Of a stretch of 64,000 nt of DNA, positions 1 through 12,710 are shown piece after piece. This DNA is from Lepidodermella squamata (taxonomy: Eukaryota > Animalia > Gastrotricha), in contig JBLDXI010000030.1 of the NCBI GenBank assembly GCA_047495785.1, positions 744,001 to 808,000 of the forward strand, read 5' to 3'. Made by a program: the position numbers and the translations under genes. The first letter of the stretch is position 1, and every line of letters begins with the position of its first letter. The notes under the pieces were generated by a model. It saw only the letters and a program-made list of their open reading frames with translations, searched no databases and was not told the DNA's origin.

Positions 1-2008
1 ATTTATTTCATGACCGTGTGTGTAGAACTGACCTTGCGAGATCTTGCATGATCATGTGCGGATTTTTGTTCTAGCAGGGAGCCTGTTTTTTCCCAAAAAT
101 TCATAATTTTCAATCGATTCAAATCGATTTTTTGGGTCTACCACGTTTTGCCATTTGGCAGATGTTGAAGCTAGCGTGGATACCGATACGAAGCAAACTA
201 GCTCTGCATTTAATGCTACGTTTATGTTTTTATGTTACGCTCTGTTTATGGGTCCATTTCATCTGCTCTCAGATTATGTATCATTTTTGAGTGAAATACG
301 ATTTTGTAATTATTTGTATTCACTCAAAAATAAAAACAGATGCCAGCCCGCATTGTGCTCCCCAATTACCTCGCCAGTCGCCAGTTTGCGCATCGAAGTG
401 TTCAAAGTCCGCGTCTCTTTTGCGTCCGACTGCTATTTTAGGAGTCGAGCTGAGAGAAAGACGACGCTTCCACCCGACTACTACGCGTCGTTTGGGCGCT
501 TATCGTCTCTTTCTCGTCTCCAGCTAACATACCAGATGACGTTTCCAGCATTTTTCTTTTTTTTCTTAGCGTGCGGCATGCGAGAACCGTAACTGCGAAA
601 AAATGAAATATTCTAATCCCTGGATTGTTCAACAATTTTTATGTGCGTCTTATCCTCCTTAGCCACCAGCTGAAATAACAAATTAGTTTATTTTTAAGAT
701 CATCCTTTTCTCCGTTACACGCTGAAAATAAATTAAAATGGAATTTCGCAATGAAAAATCATTTTTAAGTGAGCAGATGAAATAGACTCTTTGTTTCAAA
801 ATGAAGGAAAAACGCGACGTTATGAGGGCGAAGTAGGATCTTCGAGCTTTTTTTATCTTGCGTAATTTTAGCCCCGAATTTATGTGACCAGAGCGTCTTC
901 CATGTGATTTGTTGGGTTTTCTTACCTAGGTAACGGGTAACGGGACCTCTCGCAAAGCATTTTCTATCGAGAATTAACTGCCGAGTGCGTCTTGTTGACC
1001 GCGTACAAGATCTAAAACTTCAAATCCAACACAACGAATAAATTGCCGCTAAATTATCTCAGTCATCAATGTTGTTGAAAGTATTATTCTACTTATTGTA
1101 TCGTTTTGATTATTGTTTTGATTATACTTTGTTTTTGCCTTGTTATTCTCTGTTAGCTATAATGAATCCGGTCAATAACTTTGTTGTCTTCTCCTACTAC
1201 ACCTTTCCTGTCCTAACTGAATCTGCCCTCTATTGGATGTACAGCTTCAAAATAAATACAAATAAAATAAATATTGGTTCAATAGCCCTTGAGCATAAAT
1301 CAATATCTTGAAGATTTTCGCCTCGCCGTGATCAAAGGCCTCATTAGTGTGAAATGGGTCTGATCGTTGATATACTCGGTTCGAATAAAAGCTGACTGCT
1401 CTCGCGCCCAAGTCAACTCAAATGTGCCTTTAATGCGGCAGTAAAACCTCGTGGAATGCCAATTCTGCTCGGTGGGGAAAACTTGCTTTTCCTTCCTTTC
1501 ACCTTCCTTTTCTTTCCTTTCACCACAGTTGCACCGGCGAATCGCATCATGTGCAGTATTAGGGATATTCCCTGCTATTCAAATGGTATATATCACTACA
1601 CACTATAATCACTGCGATCGAAATTAAATAGCATATATAGCCTAAATCTATTGCGCGATACATATATCTTTTTATGTCGCACATCAACTGAATGATTTAT
1701 CGACGCTTTTACATCAAATCCTGTCTTAATCGACATCATCGAAAAAATTGTTCATCATCTTTTTAAATTATGTCCCATAATTTCAGACATGCATTGCAAT
1801 ACAATATAAGTACCTGACAATCGAATCTAAATTATTGGTCAAAGCTGCTAACTGTGATGTTTATTTCAGCAGGGCACTCGAAGAAAATCATGTTTTTTTA
1901 TAATATCAAAGATTTCGCGAGAAATAATATTATTCTTTTTTTTAATGTACGATTATTACAACTCTCAAATCCCTATTTGAAATGTTAAGGCCTGGAGAAA
2001 TCTTGGAC

Positions 2009-2207
2009 ATATCGTTAGCACCGTTGAATAACTCGGATTTAGGCTTGTTTACTTCAGTTTCAAGTTGACGGGTGACAAGTAAATAGCGCTGTTTTTTACG
2101 TGAATAAAGAGGCAAAAAGCAAATGACACTTCTCTTGTCACCTTTCACCTGGAAAGTGACGTAACAATCCTAAATCCGGGTTAAGTATCCAACGTCGCTA
2201 ACGATAT
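2009..2207. mobile_element. MITE family A, copy 1 (imperfect TIRs, TA at the ends)
   Basis: ATATCGTTAGC...GGATTTAGG at the left end is the inverse of CCTAAATCCGG...GCTAACGATAT at the right end; a homologous copy lies at 38268-38459. Confidence 0.75.
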
Positions 2208-3036
2208 CGCCCGCGCGGTGCCAATGCGTCTAGGCGTCTAGGCGCTGGATACCTCAAGAGCTTCCGCTTTCATCGCAAAGAACATATAGTTTAGTCTACA
2301 ATTGCAACTGTTTTTTAAAGCGTCGGGGGACGAGTCGTAGAACCGGCAGTGCGGCGCCTTGTGTGATGATTTGCACTTTTTTGCTATCATTTTGATTGTA
2401 TTGAGGTGCGTCGAGAGTTTAAACGCGTTTTTTATGTGTTATGAAACACGCATCAAGCAAATGTGCGAGAATTCCGCGGGGAGTGTGCGTGCCGCGCGGT
2501 TAATCAATCCCCCGCGGAGTGTAGTAATTATTGTCCGCAACAGTGAGAGTGATAAAAATCGGAGGTAACTATACATAGGCACTGCGGAGCTTTCCTGAGC
2601 ATGCATCGATGATTATTCAAACCACCAATTTCACTCCTCACTCGGGTTCGTGGTGCGTGATTGTTAAGCATGTGGTATCAAATTAATTGAGACACGCCGT
2701 ACGCATAGGAGCCTTATATTTTCAGATGCGTCAAACAAAAGGGGTGGGTATGCATTATTGAATGTACCAGATCTGTCGACTTTATCAACTTCTCCCTCTG
2801 ACTTGAATAAGGGCCCTTTTCATATAGGCTGTTTCTATTTTGTATTTCGACGCATTATTGTTTGCTCTTCAATGCCGCTTTAATATTGCGACATGAATAA
2901 GTTACTATGAAGGAAGTTAACATGTCACTTGAACATTCACTTCAAATCAACGCCGAACGGATGAGGAGTAGGCAGGGTTGGTATCAATAATCCAACCTCC
3001 AATCTCGTAAATTTCACAGCTCTCAACTGTAAGCAA

Positions 3037-4197
3037 ATGACGATGGCGATTCGGGCTGTTATCGCTGTTTTTATCGTCAACCATGCATTGGCTGAACCAG
3101 CCGGCAACGACAGCGTCTGGGATTTCGATCCGACCGCAACTATACTGAGCAACTGTAGGATTGGCGCCAATGTCAACACGCCTGTCGAGCTCGAGAAGAA
3201 AGTAATTCCTCTTACGATTGAGTTTCAAGCGAAACGTTTCATCGATATCGACGACGTTGCTGAGACCTTTTCCATTTTCGGGTCACTTTTCGTTAGATAC
3301 AACTCGAAATGCATTGCTGATTTGTACAAGAATGTATCACGAAAAGGCAGCGTAGCTTGGCCGCCGGATATAGATCAGCTGTCGAAGGAGGATCCTAATA
3401 TTTACTGGTTTCCGGATTTGTTACACGAAAATGCAATCGAAAACCCTGGGATGCTCGACGGATTTCATAGGTATATCCGTATACGGCTGGGCCCAGGCTC
3501 AGTAATGTTCGTTATATCAGGAAAATTCTCGTCATTCTGCGACTTGGACGTTACCTATTTTCCTTACGATGTCCAAGTTTGCAGGATAGACTTTTATCTG
3601 TCACAATCCAATTCGTATTCTAGAATCGCCAACGCGTCATTCACTGATGATCAGGCTTCATTTTTGAGGAAAAATTCAGGCTGGCATCATGATATCTCAC
3701 AACGTGCCCCATCTTTTGGAACAGTCAAATCAAGTATCAATTCACAGACGTTCAGTGTCGCTAGTTTCAAATTTCAATTCAGGCGGAAACCGGATTATTT
3801 CCTAACAAACCTATTCGCGCCAAGTATAATTCTCAGTTCGCTGGTTTTGGCGTCATTCTTCATCCCGGCTGATGCTCCGGATCGCCCGGCCTTCGCCTGC
3901 ACTGTTATGCTGGCGATTTTCGTTGTTCAAGACAACGTCCAAGCTAATTTGCCCAAAACACCCCACCCGACTGTTGCTGGAATTTTCAGCTTGTCACAAG
4001 CTGCGATCGCAACCTTTTGCGTGCTATACGAAGCGATCATGTGCGGATTCCTCGCCATGTTCCCAGAAAAAGGCGGCGTGAAAATTAAATTTTTGGGCAA
4101 GAAATTTGCTCGCCATGTGATTGTTGATGTCGTTATGTTTCAATTGGCTTTCTTTCTGTATTTACTATCAACCGTTACAGTATCGTTTTTATTCTAA
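3037..4197 (+). CDS. Divergent Cys-loop pLGIC subunit 1 (intronless, 386 aa)
   Basis: Signal peptide; loop A WFPDL; Cys-loop C-x13-C (CDLDVTYFPYDVQVC); pre-M1 FRRKPDYF; four hydrophobic segments; PDR before M2. Confidence 0.92.
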   Translation: MTMAIRAVIAVFIVNHALAEPAGNDSVWDFDPTATILSNCRIGANVNTPVELEKKVIPLTIEFQAKRFIDIDDVAETFSIFGSLFVRYNSKCIADLYKNVSRKGSVAWPPDIDQLSKEDPNIYWFPDLLHENAIENPGMLDGFHRYIRIRLGPGSVMFVISGKFSSFCDLDVTYFPYDVQVCRIDFYLSQSNSYSRIANASFTDDQASFLRKNSGWHHDISQRAPSFGTVKSSINSQTFSVASFKFQFRRKPDYFLTNLFAPSIILSSLVLASFFIPADAPDRPAFACTVMLAIFVVQDNVQANLPKTPHPTVAGIFSLSQAAIATFCVLYEAIMCGFLAMFPEKGGVKIKFLGKKFARHVIVDVVMFQLAFFLYLLSTVTVSFLF

Positions 4198-4776
4198 AAT
4201 TACCTTTGCCTTGTGAAATTATTATTCTATTCAGGACCGAATGCGTTTGTGATGAGTGATGTGATTCTAATCTCTTCAAGACTAATTGCGAACTTGCGGG
4301 ACCTTCAGGGCAAGCGAAATGTTCACCTTGAACTTCTTATGCCTCGTTAGCTATTATGTTTGTGCTCGCTATAATATGAAACTTAACTACGGCCAAACCT
4401 CTCTTGGTTACTATATGCCCTATCGGTTATGATTAACCGGAAATTTGATTTTCGCAGTGGAAATGTAAATATGGATTGTTGGTAAACCATGAATATTGAT
4501 GCAATGCTATATAATGCTGAAAGATGTGAAAATAATATGATAATTAAAACACAGAAGAACCCATACCTACACGCCTACGATGAAATAACTGCGAGTTAGC
4601 TCTGTTTAATCAAGGAGTCCGAACAAATACAAGATATTTGATTTCATGGTTTGATCAGTAACACTATTCTAATGCTTTCACATAAATCCATACAGTCGAT
4701 GACGGTGATAATTCAACGCAGCCAGAAAGAATAATTTGCGATTCAGCTTTCCCCCAATCATTTTTTCTTGAGAGCA

Positions 4777-6002
4777 ATGATAACGATTTTGCTGATTTTC
4801 GTTGGACAGATCGCATCCACGGTTCAGTTTATGCCTAGCCAAACGAAGCTAAGAAGGTTGATGACGGATCAGTGCATGCTGCTCACAAAAGACAGGCCTG
4901 TTGAACACTACAACGACGTGATGAACTGGGAGTTTTTACTGACGCTCAGTAGCTTCCGTGAAATTGACGACGAGGATCAAACGTGAGTTTTGGGAAGATG
5001 AAATTCCAGAAAATTATGCTTTGATTTTACGAAGGTTCACTGTTGTAGGCGAATTCCTAATCCAATGGCATCATCCATGCGTCCGCTGGAAGCATCTGCC
5101 CGAATACGCGAATATCGACTCATTTCACCTAGAGACAAAGGAATCGTTCTTCCCTCAATTGATTCATAAGAACGCAGATAAGGAATTCTACATTTTTGAC
5201 CGGCTCATTAGTCAAAACCTTATGATAGTGTGGCCCGACGGGACACAGTTTGTTAGAGTCCTCACCCCCATCACTTCATCGTGTCAACTCAAGTGAGCTA
5301 CTATTTAAGTACTCAAATTTTGAAGCTTATAAAGCTCATTTTTCCAGCTTGAAAAAATTCCCGTTTGACGTCCAGTTTTGCCAAATCGAGCTTCAAGCGA
5401 TTCATATTTCCAAAGTGGTACATTTCAGGCTAATTGGCAGTGGCATCCAGTTTTTCGATCGTGACGACTTTCTTTCACCAGCCGACGTGTGGCAGCTGGT
5501 AACTTTTGATGCGAAAGTTCAGCTGACGGACCCAAATCCGCTGACTAACACCACTCAATCCCTTGTAATTTTTTCGTTTCAATTTGAGAGACGATCCGCA
5601 TATTATGTGATCAACCTATTCGTTCCAAATTTATTCCTAATGATTCTCGTACTAAGTGTTGGATTTTTGCCACCTAAATACCCAGATCGACCAGCTATAT
5701 GCGCTACTATTGTACTTGCTTTTTCGGTCTCGCAATCTTACGTCGCTGATTCTATCCCTCAATCAGCTGAGATACCTTATATTGTAGTTTTCATGTCTAT
5801 CCAGCTTGCAGTGAGCGTTTCGTGTTCAATCTACACCTTAATTGCGTGTGAGTTGGCTAAACACAAGAGTTTCGCCCTCCCAGCGCCTTTGTTACCCAAA
5901 GATCTAACGGCTATACGGCTACTTGATGTCGTTTTCTTTTCGATTACAACAATGATAGTCCTCATTGTTTATGCAGTAATTTTCCTTCTAATGGACGCAT
6001 AA
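4777..6002 (+). CDS. Divergent Cys-loop pLGIC subunit 2 (3 exons)
   Basis: Exons about 4777-4982, 5035-5292 and 5348-6002 joined at GT-AG sites give CQLNLKKFPFDVQFC, FERRSAYY, PDR and 4 TM. Confidence 0.9.
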
Positions 6003-6037
6003 AATGCGAGTGAAACTTTGTTGTAATGACGTTGTTA

Positions 6038-7219
6038 CTAATAAATCATTTTGCTGAGAATTGCGATATCAGTAAGCAATAGCAAGAAGAAGATCGAGCT
6101 GAAAACAGCTATGTCCACCAATTTTAGCCTGCAAATCTTGAAATCGCCACAAATTGCGAGTTTATCCTGCATTCGAGGCCAGTGAGCCATTTCGCAAGCA
6201 AACAAGCTGTAAATGCCGCAGAATACCGCGGCAAAAAAGTGCGCGGTCAGGAAAACGAGCGCGTATGGAATTTCGCTCGTCACCGGTATCTGACTGCTGA
6301 TATCAGCCTGGAGGACGGAAATAGCTAAAAGCACCGTGACGCAGAAAACAGATCGATCCGGCGAATCGGCTGGGATGAAAACGGCGCCGAAAAGTAGAAC
6401 GCTCATGCAAAGCGTGGGTAGGAATATGTTGATGATGTACAACGCTGGTTTCCTCCTTAAAGCGAAGTGAAAAGACACCCGTTGCTGGGAAACCATCTCG
6501 GAGGACCTCGTGAAGGTGCTATTCGAGTAGGACACAAGCTCCCACGCATCAACTTGGCTGATGAAAGGATTTGCTTCATCTTGGATCTCTGAAATCCCTG
6601 AAAAGTTACCGATCGTGAGTTTTGTGTGTTCGGGATATTCGTGCGAAACAAAGTTGATTGGGCACGTTTGCTGATCAAATGGAAACTTCTCCAAGCTGAA
6701 TTTGTATCGGAAATGACTTAAATCGGTAATTCATGTGAGCCATGCTTACTTTAAAGCGCAGAATGCTTTGAATTCGCCATAGAGAATCAGCGTTACTATT
6801 GAGTCACTGTAGTACTCAATTTTTGAGAAATCATTGAGAAATAATGATATCGGAATAGTTTCAGCTCCGTTGGTCATGTATACCGATGGTCGCCATACAT
6901 CCTCAGCCTTTACTGCTATGTAGGCTACCCCGCCCCATCGACCTGGGTCCCATGACACGCATTCATGGTACCATGACAATTGTAGCGAGGCCATAACGGA
7001 GAAGTGTTGGGTTCGTTCTTCAAGTGAGTTGAATCGAAACGGCCAGAAGTCGACGCTGACATTGACCGGCTTCCATGATGAGGCAGGCCGTGCTGTGCTG
7101 AAAAGGGTGCATTTTTCAGAAAAATGCCTCCTAATTCGCTCTTCCATTGGCACGTAAGCTTCATTAGCCAGGACGCTCGGAACTAGCAGGCCTAAAATAA
7201 AGAGGGAGCAATTCATCAT
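6038..7219 (-). CDS. Divergent Cys-loop pLGIC subunit 3 (2 exons)
   Basis: Signal peptide MMNCSLFILGLL; WYHECVSW; an intron inside the Cys-loop joins CAL to LEKFPFDQQTC; LRRKPALY; PDR; 4 TM. Confidence 0.9.
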
Positions 7220-7782
7220 TGCGTAAAATCTGAATTCGCGAATTACTCTGTTCGGAGATCCTATAAATTTTGTTCGGATGCAATGCAAATTCGATTGATG
7301 GAAAAACAAACTTCCGCTATTGATCAGAAAAGCTTCATTAATTTTAACCTTATTTTTGGCCTATGCTAACTTCAAGGATAACGAAACTGTAATGTTACCG
7401 AAGGTCTCATTCAGCAAAGTAAATGAATCTTGATGTTATTTTAGCACCGCTTGTCAGGCTTCAAAGCAATGCCCATGAAGTGGAATAAAGTGAACAGGCT
7501 GCTGGCGCTTCCGGATATGACTCTTACACTTGGTGATGCCACCTCGAGGCTATGTTTTTCGAATCCTCTGTTGCAAAATATTACGGAGTCGTCGAATTTT
7601 CGAGGGAGCTGCTGCGGATATTGAACCTGAAAATTATTAAAAATATTTGCTGTATGGAACTGGAGTGAAATTTCCGATTGGAAGCACTGCTTTCTATCCT
7701 TCAAAATTCTATCCTATGTTTAATTGAAGGTAGTTATCCACAGTTCACGAACATCTCTCTGAGTAAAGAATTCGCATGATAT

Positions 7783-9224
7783 ATGTGTGTTATCAAAGTG
7801 GCTTTTCTGGTGATAATTTGCCTTGATGCTGCGAACACTCAAGCGATCGACGATTCGATTATATCATTCGACAAAGAATTCGAAACGCACTGCCCCGAGG
7901 TGGCGTCACTATCTTTACCTAGTGTATGGCTACTCCGAAACCGCCAGCCTATACTCGTTGAAGTAAACTTCACGTTATTCCGCTTCATGGGCATCGACGA
8001 TTTGACGCAGAGGTATTTTCCTCAAATATACCCCGAGAATCATTATTTATCCACTTCCAGTCTGTCTCTTACTGGCCTCATCACGATGTGGTGGAGACCT
8101 ACTTGCCCACCGCCGACATGCATCGATCTTTTCCACAACGAAACTCTGTGCCAGGAATGGGAAGAAGGCATAGATTTGGGGAACATGAAGATTCAACGGA
8201 CATTACAAACAACCTGGGTGCCACTAGTTAGCCATGTGAACGCGTTGAAGAATTATAGGCCAGTGTTTGCGTGAGTTTTATCCTAAATTCTTGATTAAAA
8301 GTGCCATGCAATCAGTGAAGGAAGTAACAAGGGAACGGAAGGGGCGGAGAGGGGATGCGGGCATTTTCGGTACCAGGAAGATTTTTTCTCATACATTTTC
8401 TTTCTTTATATTGGTCGAAATCCCCTATTGGCGAATGATCTACTTCACTTCTGCACACTCTTTCATCATTCATCTTTCATCCATTGACCAGGAGTCCACT
8501 GCAAAAAGTCTTCATATATCCATTTTTGAATAGCCTTATAGAGGCTTTCGACTACATTCGCATCGATACGATTTGCGATCAATTTTCCGTCACCAAATTT
8601 CCCTTCGACGCCTTGGAATGTTCCATAATCTTCGATAGCGAGGACGAAGAAACAGTTGTTAGTTTCGATGTTTCTTTATTTGATATCGATTTGGGGGCTG
8701 CTGGAGCCTTCATCGGCGATACAGATATTTGGACATTTGATGGCTGTGGAACGGCTAGGTCGATATTGACCAACCAAACGGGCGACAACCTGGTGCCACG
8801 TCTAATTTTCCCGGTCAGATTCAAGCGAAGAGCTGCTTACTTTACGGCTAACATTTTCCTACCAGTTATTTCTTTGTATTTGCTTCAAATATCTGCCTTA
8901 ATTATGACGCCTGATGTTCCAGATCGGGCCAATATCGGCGTCACGTTAGTTCTAGCATTCTCCGTCATTTTGTCCCTAATTTTCAACAACATCCCAAAAA
9001 CATCTGAAACTGTGTACCTCGTTAATATCGTAATATTCAAATTCACAATGGGCCTTGTGTTGAGCTTTTACGAACTTGTTACATTTGCAGTATCTGCTTA
9101 TTTGATTCAGACGAAAACGGAGTTTCTGAAATACGTCAGAATTTCTGATCTTGTCTTTGCTGGGTGTTTACTTTTCTTAACGGCAGTTGTCGATGGCTAT
9201 TACTTCTTCAAAATGATGGACTAA
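7783..9224 (+). CDS. Divergent Cys-loop pLGIC subunit 4 (multi-exon; middle exon structure uncertain)
   Basis: Signal peptide; FRFMGIDD; WVPLVSHVN; CDQFSVTKFPFDALEC; FKRRAAYF; PDR; 4 TM. Splicing between 8271 and 8533 is ambiguous. Confidence 0.8.
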
Positions 9225-9538
9225 ATGGTTTTATTGTTGTTAAATTGTTCAGTAAAATTACGATAAATTTCCAACTTTCATGAGGCGAATCGAGATCCCC
9301 AGCCTACTTGCAACGACTTTTATAGGAGCTCGCATTAGCAGATTTTTCAAACAACATTCCTAATGCATGAAAACGATCGATTCTCTATGAATGCTCAATC
9401 TCTGATGTCAGTGTTTCAGCTCAACACTTCCGGTTTGAATCTCGAACGATGAGGATCGATGCTATGCAAGCATTGATCATTGAGCTTGCAATTATCACTC
9501 ACAAGCCTATGCTGTAGCTGCTTGGGCGGTTATCGGGT

Positions 9539-9737
9539 GAGTGCGCGGTAGATTGCCTTGGGACCCAGCTCGCTCGTCCAGACCGGTAAAGCAAATGAAA
9601 ATTTAGCCCACTGTTCAGTCAATTTTAAGAAGCTTTGGAGCATGCTGTAGAGAAAATCCCTGGATAAAAGAGAAAGTAACTTCGAAAAAACCGCAAAATA
9701 ATTGTTTCATCCCTGGTAGCTCCAGGATCGCACCCTG
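9539..9737. mobile_element. Degraded copy of hAT-like MITE family B
   Basis: Ends in TCGCACCCTG and resembles the reverse complement of 52306-52552 internally (CCCAGCTCG..CCAGAC, GTCAATTTT..TGGAGC). Left boundary approximate. Confidence 0.55.
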
Positions 9738-9843
9738 GTCTCATAATAATATATAATCATTTATTTTTCAAGAAATGTTTCGGATCAGTTTTTTGCTGGA
9801 GTTCAATCGAAATGCTGGAGTTCAATCGAAATATTTATACGTT

Positions 9844-10945
9844 TTATTCCACCTTATTCGATATTTTGCTGTCCTCATTTACGGGAGTCTCGTTAGCATC
9901 AAGGCCAGCTGATTTTTTGCCCCAGTTCTTGCTGACATCCTCTTTAGTAGCTGCAAAAGTGCCAAAAAGCCAGTCAGTCGGAACGTGGTTAGTACCATAA
10001 TTGCAGTCAAAGTGACCGTGGTGAAGCATATGGAAAGGATCCCCAGCTGAAATGAGAAATTTCGTATGATGTTTGTCCCTGGCTAAGAAACTCACCTCCA
10101 GCTGGCCATACATAGCCATCATGGCCAACCCAAGCTGCTACAGCGCAATCGACAAGAACAGTCAACGCTATAATAGGATGAACACCAAGAGGAAGAACGC
10201 AGAATGCTGACATGAAGTAAGGCCCTGACTCAAGCGGATGCATATTTGTCCCAGAAAACGCCGTAGTATTGTAAGACTTGTGATGCAGCGAATGCACATA
10301 CTTGTACAGGATTTTTCCAATATCGGGGATATAATCGGTCTTCCATGGATGCATTGAACGGTGGAGGAAGTAGAAGTGCAAATTTCTCCAGTAGGGCATG
10401 CCAAAAATGAGTGCGAAGTGAAGGATTGGCTTGTCCCAGAACGAGCGTGTCATAGGCACGTAGCCTGTTGCATACCAGTGGCACATCAAAATTTCGAGCA
10501 GACCAGCGATTATTGACGAGAGGGTGGTGTACAGGTAGTCATGCTTCATTTGCTCGAATTTTGGGTACCTCGGCGTGATTTTGCATTTGAACAGCTTCTC
10601 CTTCATCGGGCCGAAGTACAGCCACCAGTCCCAGAATCCGCATAACACCCAGGTCGCTAGGACATTACGCAGAATGATCGGCCACATCCATTCGATTGAT
10701 AGAGTAGCAGCCCGGCCGAAAGCTGGGTAGGTCTCACCTCCGTCGTAAAGCCCGTAAACAATCAGGCAGGCGTAGGTGAAATGACGAGCTGCAGCTCCAT
10801 AAGCAGCAACATGGCCCTTGAAATCTGCAATAGGGACAGATCTCATATCAGGGACTAACTCTGAAGGCTGGAGCCTTATCGATTGAATAAGCTGCGGTAC
10901 AGGCCATAGGTAGGTGATCAAGAATGACTTGACGAAATCTATCAT
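9844..10945 (-). CDS. Sterol desaturase / fatty acid hydroxylase superfamily protein (2 exons)
   Basis: His boxes HRSMH and HSLHH, GHDG, then HMLHH...CNYG after a GT-AG intron near 10047-10095; several TM segments. Confidence 0.88.
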
Positions 10946-11083
10946 TTTTATTCTCAGAGACGAGCAATTTTATAAGATAATGAGAGGGGCCACGGGTATA
11001 ACTGGCGTGTCAAATGCGAGATAAGGCTTTTTGGAACGAGATAAGCTCTTAGATATGAGCGAACTCTGTCCCAAGCCTCGATT

Positions 11084-12247
11084 TCAACTCGTGGTTTTCA
11101 CAAAGATTACTACGTCTGAAATAAGAAGAAACAAAAATATCAAGCTGTAAACTGTTATGTCAAGAAGTTTGAGTTTCGACATCTTGCGGCTATACTTTTT
11201 CTCCTGATGATGCGCCAGCTCACAGGCAACTAAGCTGTACAAGGTTATAGCCACAGCCCCGCCTAGCTGTACCGAGATGAAGATCAAGGCATACGGCACT
11301 TCATTCGTCGTTGGAATGATGTCGCTTATCGTTGATTGAGCGACTGAATAAGCCAGTAGAACCGTGACGTTGTACACAGGTCGATCAGGCGACCTCGTGG
11401 GAATGAAAATGGATCCGAATAGCAGAAGGGTCAGGCAAAATGTAGGGTAGAAAATGTTGATCATGTAGAGACTCGGCATGCGGCGTAGGTGAAATGTGAA
11501 CACGCAGCGATAAGTTGTCCAGCCGGGCTCGCGTTCTATTTCGTATTGTTGGAAATCAAAGCGCTCGACCCGCCAGACATCGATTGGACTCATGAAAGGA
11601 GACTCGGCATCTTCCATTATTTTAGATTTATTGTTGAGAGTGAGTTTCATATAGGTTTGAGGCTCGAAAGATTCGAATTTGAACGAACAAGTCTGAGAAT
11701 CAAATGGAAATTTTTCCAGGCTGCAAAAATTGAAAGATTAGAAACAAAAATCGATTTACAAAAAAATCCACCTTAAAATGCAAAAAGATCGAGTAACTCC
11801 GTAAATCCACGCTTCAGCTAGCCCCGTGCTGTGGAATGCGAACCAATCTCGTTCTGTTACAAGGTTAGCTATTGGTATAAATTCAGCGGCGTTCACAGAG
11901 TACAGGGGCGGTGTCCATGTTTCAACTGCTTTGATTTGAAATCGAGCGATCCCATTCCAATCCTGCGGGTCCCATTTGACACATGGGTGTTGCCATTTCA
12001 GCCCAATTTGGGACATGATGCTAAAAATTTGCGACTTTTCGTCGAGTGAAATGAACCGCGACGGCACGAACTCAATGCTGACCTCAGTTGGCACCGATGC
12101 ATTGCCAGAATCTGGTCGGGCTAAAGCGTTAACATTGCATTCTTCAACGAAGTGGCGTAGAAGTTTCTCCTCAGTCGCAATGTATGCTGATTTCAGGGTA
12201 AGAAAATTTGGGGCGATCAACGATATAGCAATATATAGACGCAACAT
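11084..12247 (-). CDS. Divergent Cys-loop pLGIC subunit 5 (2 exons)
   Basis: Signal peptide; WQHPCVKW; spliced Cys-loop CILSLEKFPFDSQTC; LRRMPSLY; PDR; 4 TM. Confidence 0.9.
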
Positions 12248-12710
12248 ATTGTTCGGAAAAAATGTGAGAGCTATTGTGAAAAATGAATGTAGTTCGTAGC
12301 ATTTTTTGACAAATTTACACCAGAAAATCGATGTAGTGCAAATAAACTCTTAACAGTTTGATAAGTATAATTAATATATGTGCGGCACTTAGTTTACACA
12401 GCTAGTGTGAAATTTTAACACATTGATTTCAAGGATCTCTCTGCATCAATCAAAATTACTCATCTGTGACATCACCTAGCCGTGAGGTCCTTAATCAGGA
12501 CGAAATTATGCGTTAACGATTCGAATGAGCCTTCGTTTGGGTTTAACAATGATTCACAGGAAGTAAGAAGAAAAATCGCTCTTTTTCTGCACCCCCTGCT
12601 CTGATTTTTTATACTATCGCTATCACTGAAATTATTTTCTCTCAGTAAAAAGGATTGGCTTACCCGAGTATCGCAGCAGAAAGTGAGGAATGATAAAACA
12701 TTCAGAAATC

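Noticed and set aside
155-635. Overlapping ORFs at the window start
   Set aside because: No recognisable motifs or splice-consistent structure; probably non-coding.
1310-1525. Possible tRNA-derived SINE (GGTTCGAAT box, pyrimidine-rich tail)
   Set aside because: No convincing A box, cloverleaf, TSD or second copy in the window.
10945-11084. Operon-like co-transcription of subunit 5 and the desaturase
   Set aside because: A TATA-like TATAAAA lies just upstream of the desaturase ATG and nothing in the sequence shows trans-splicing.
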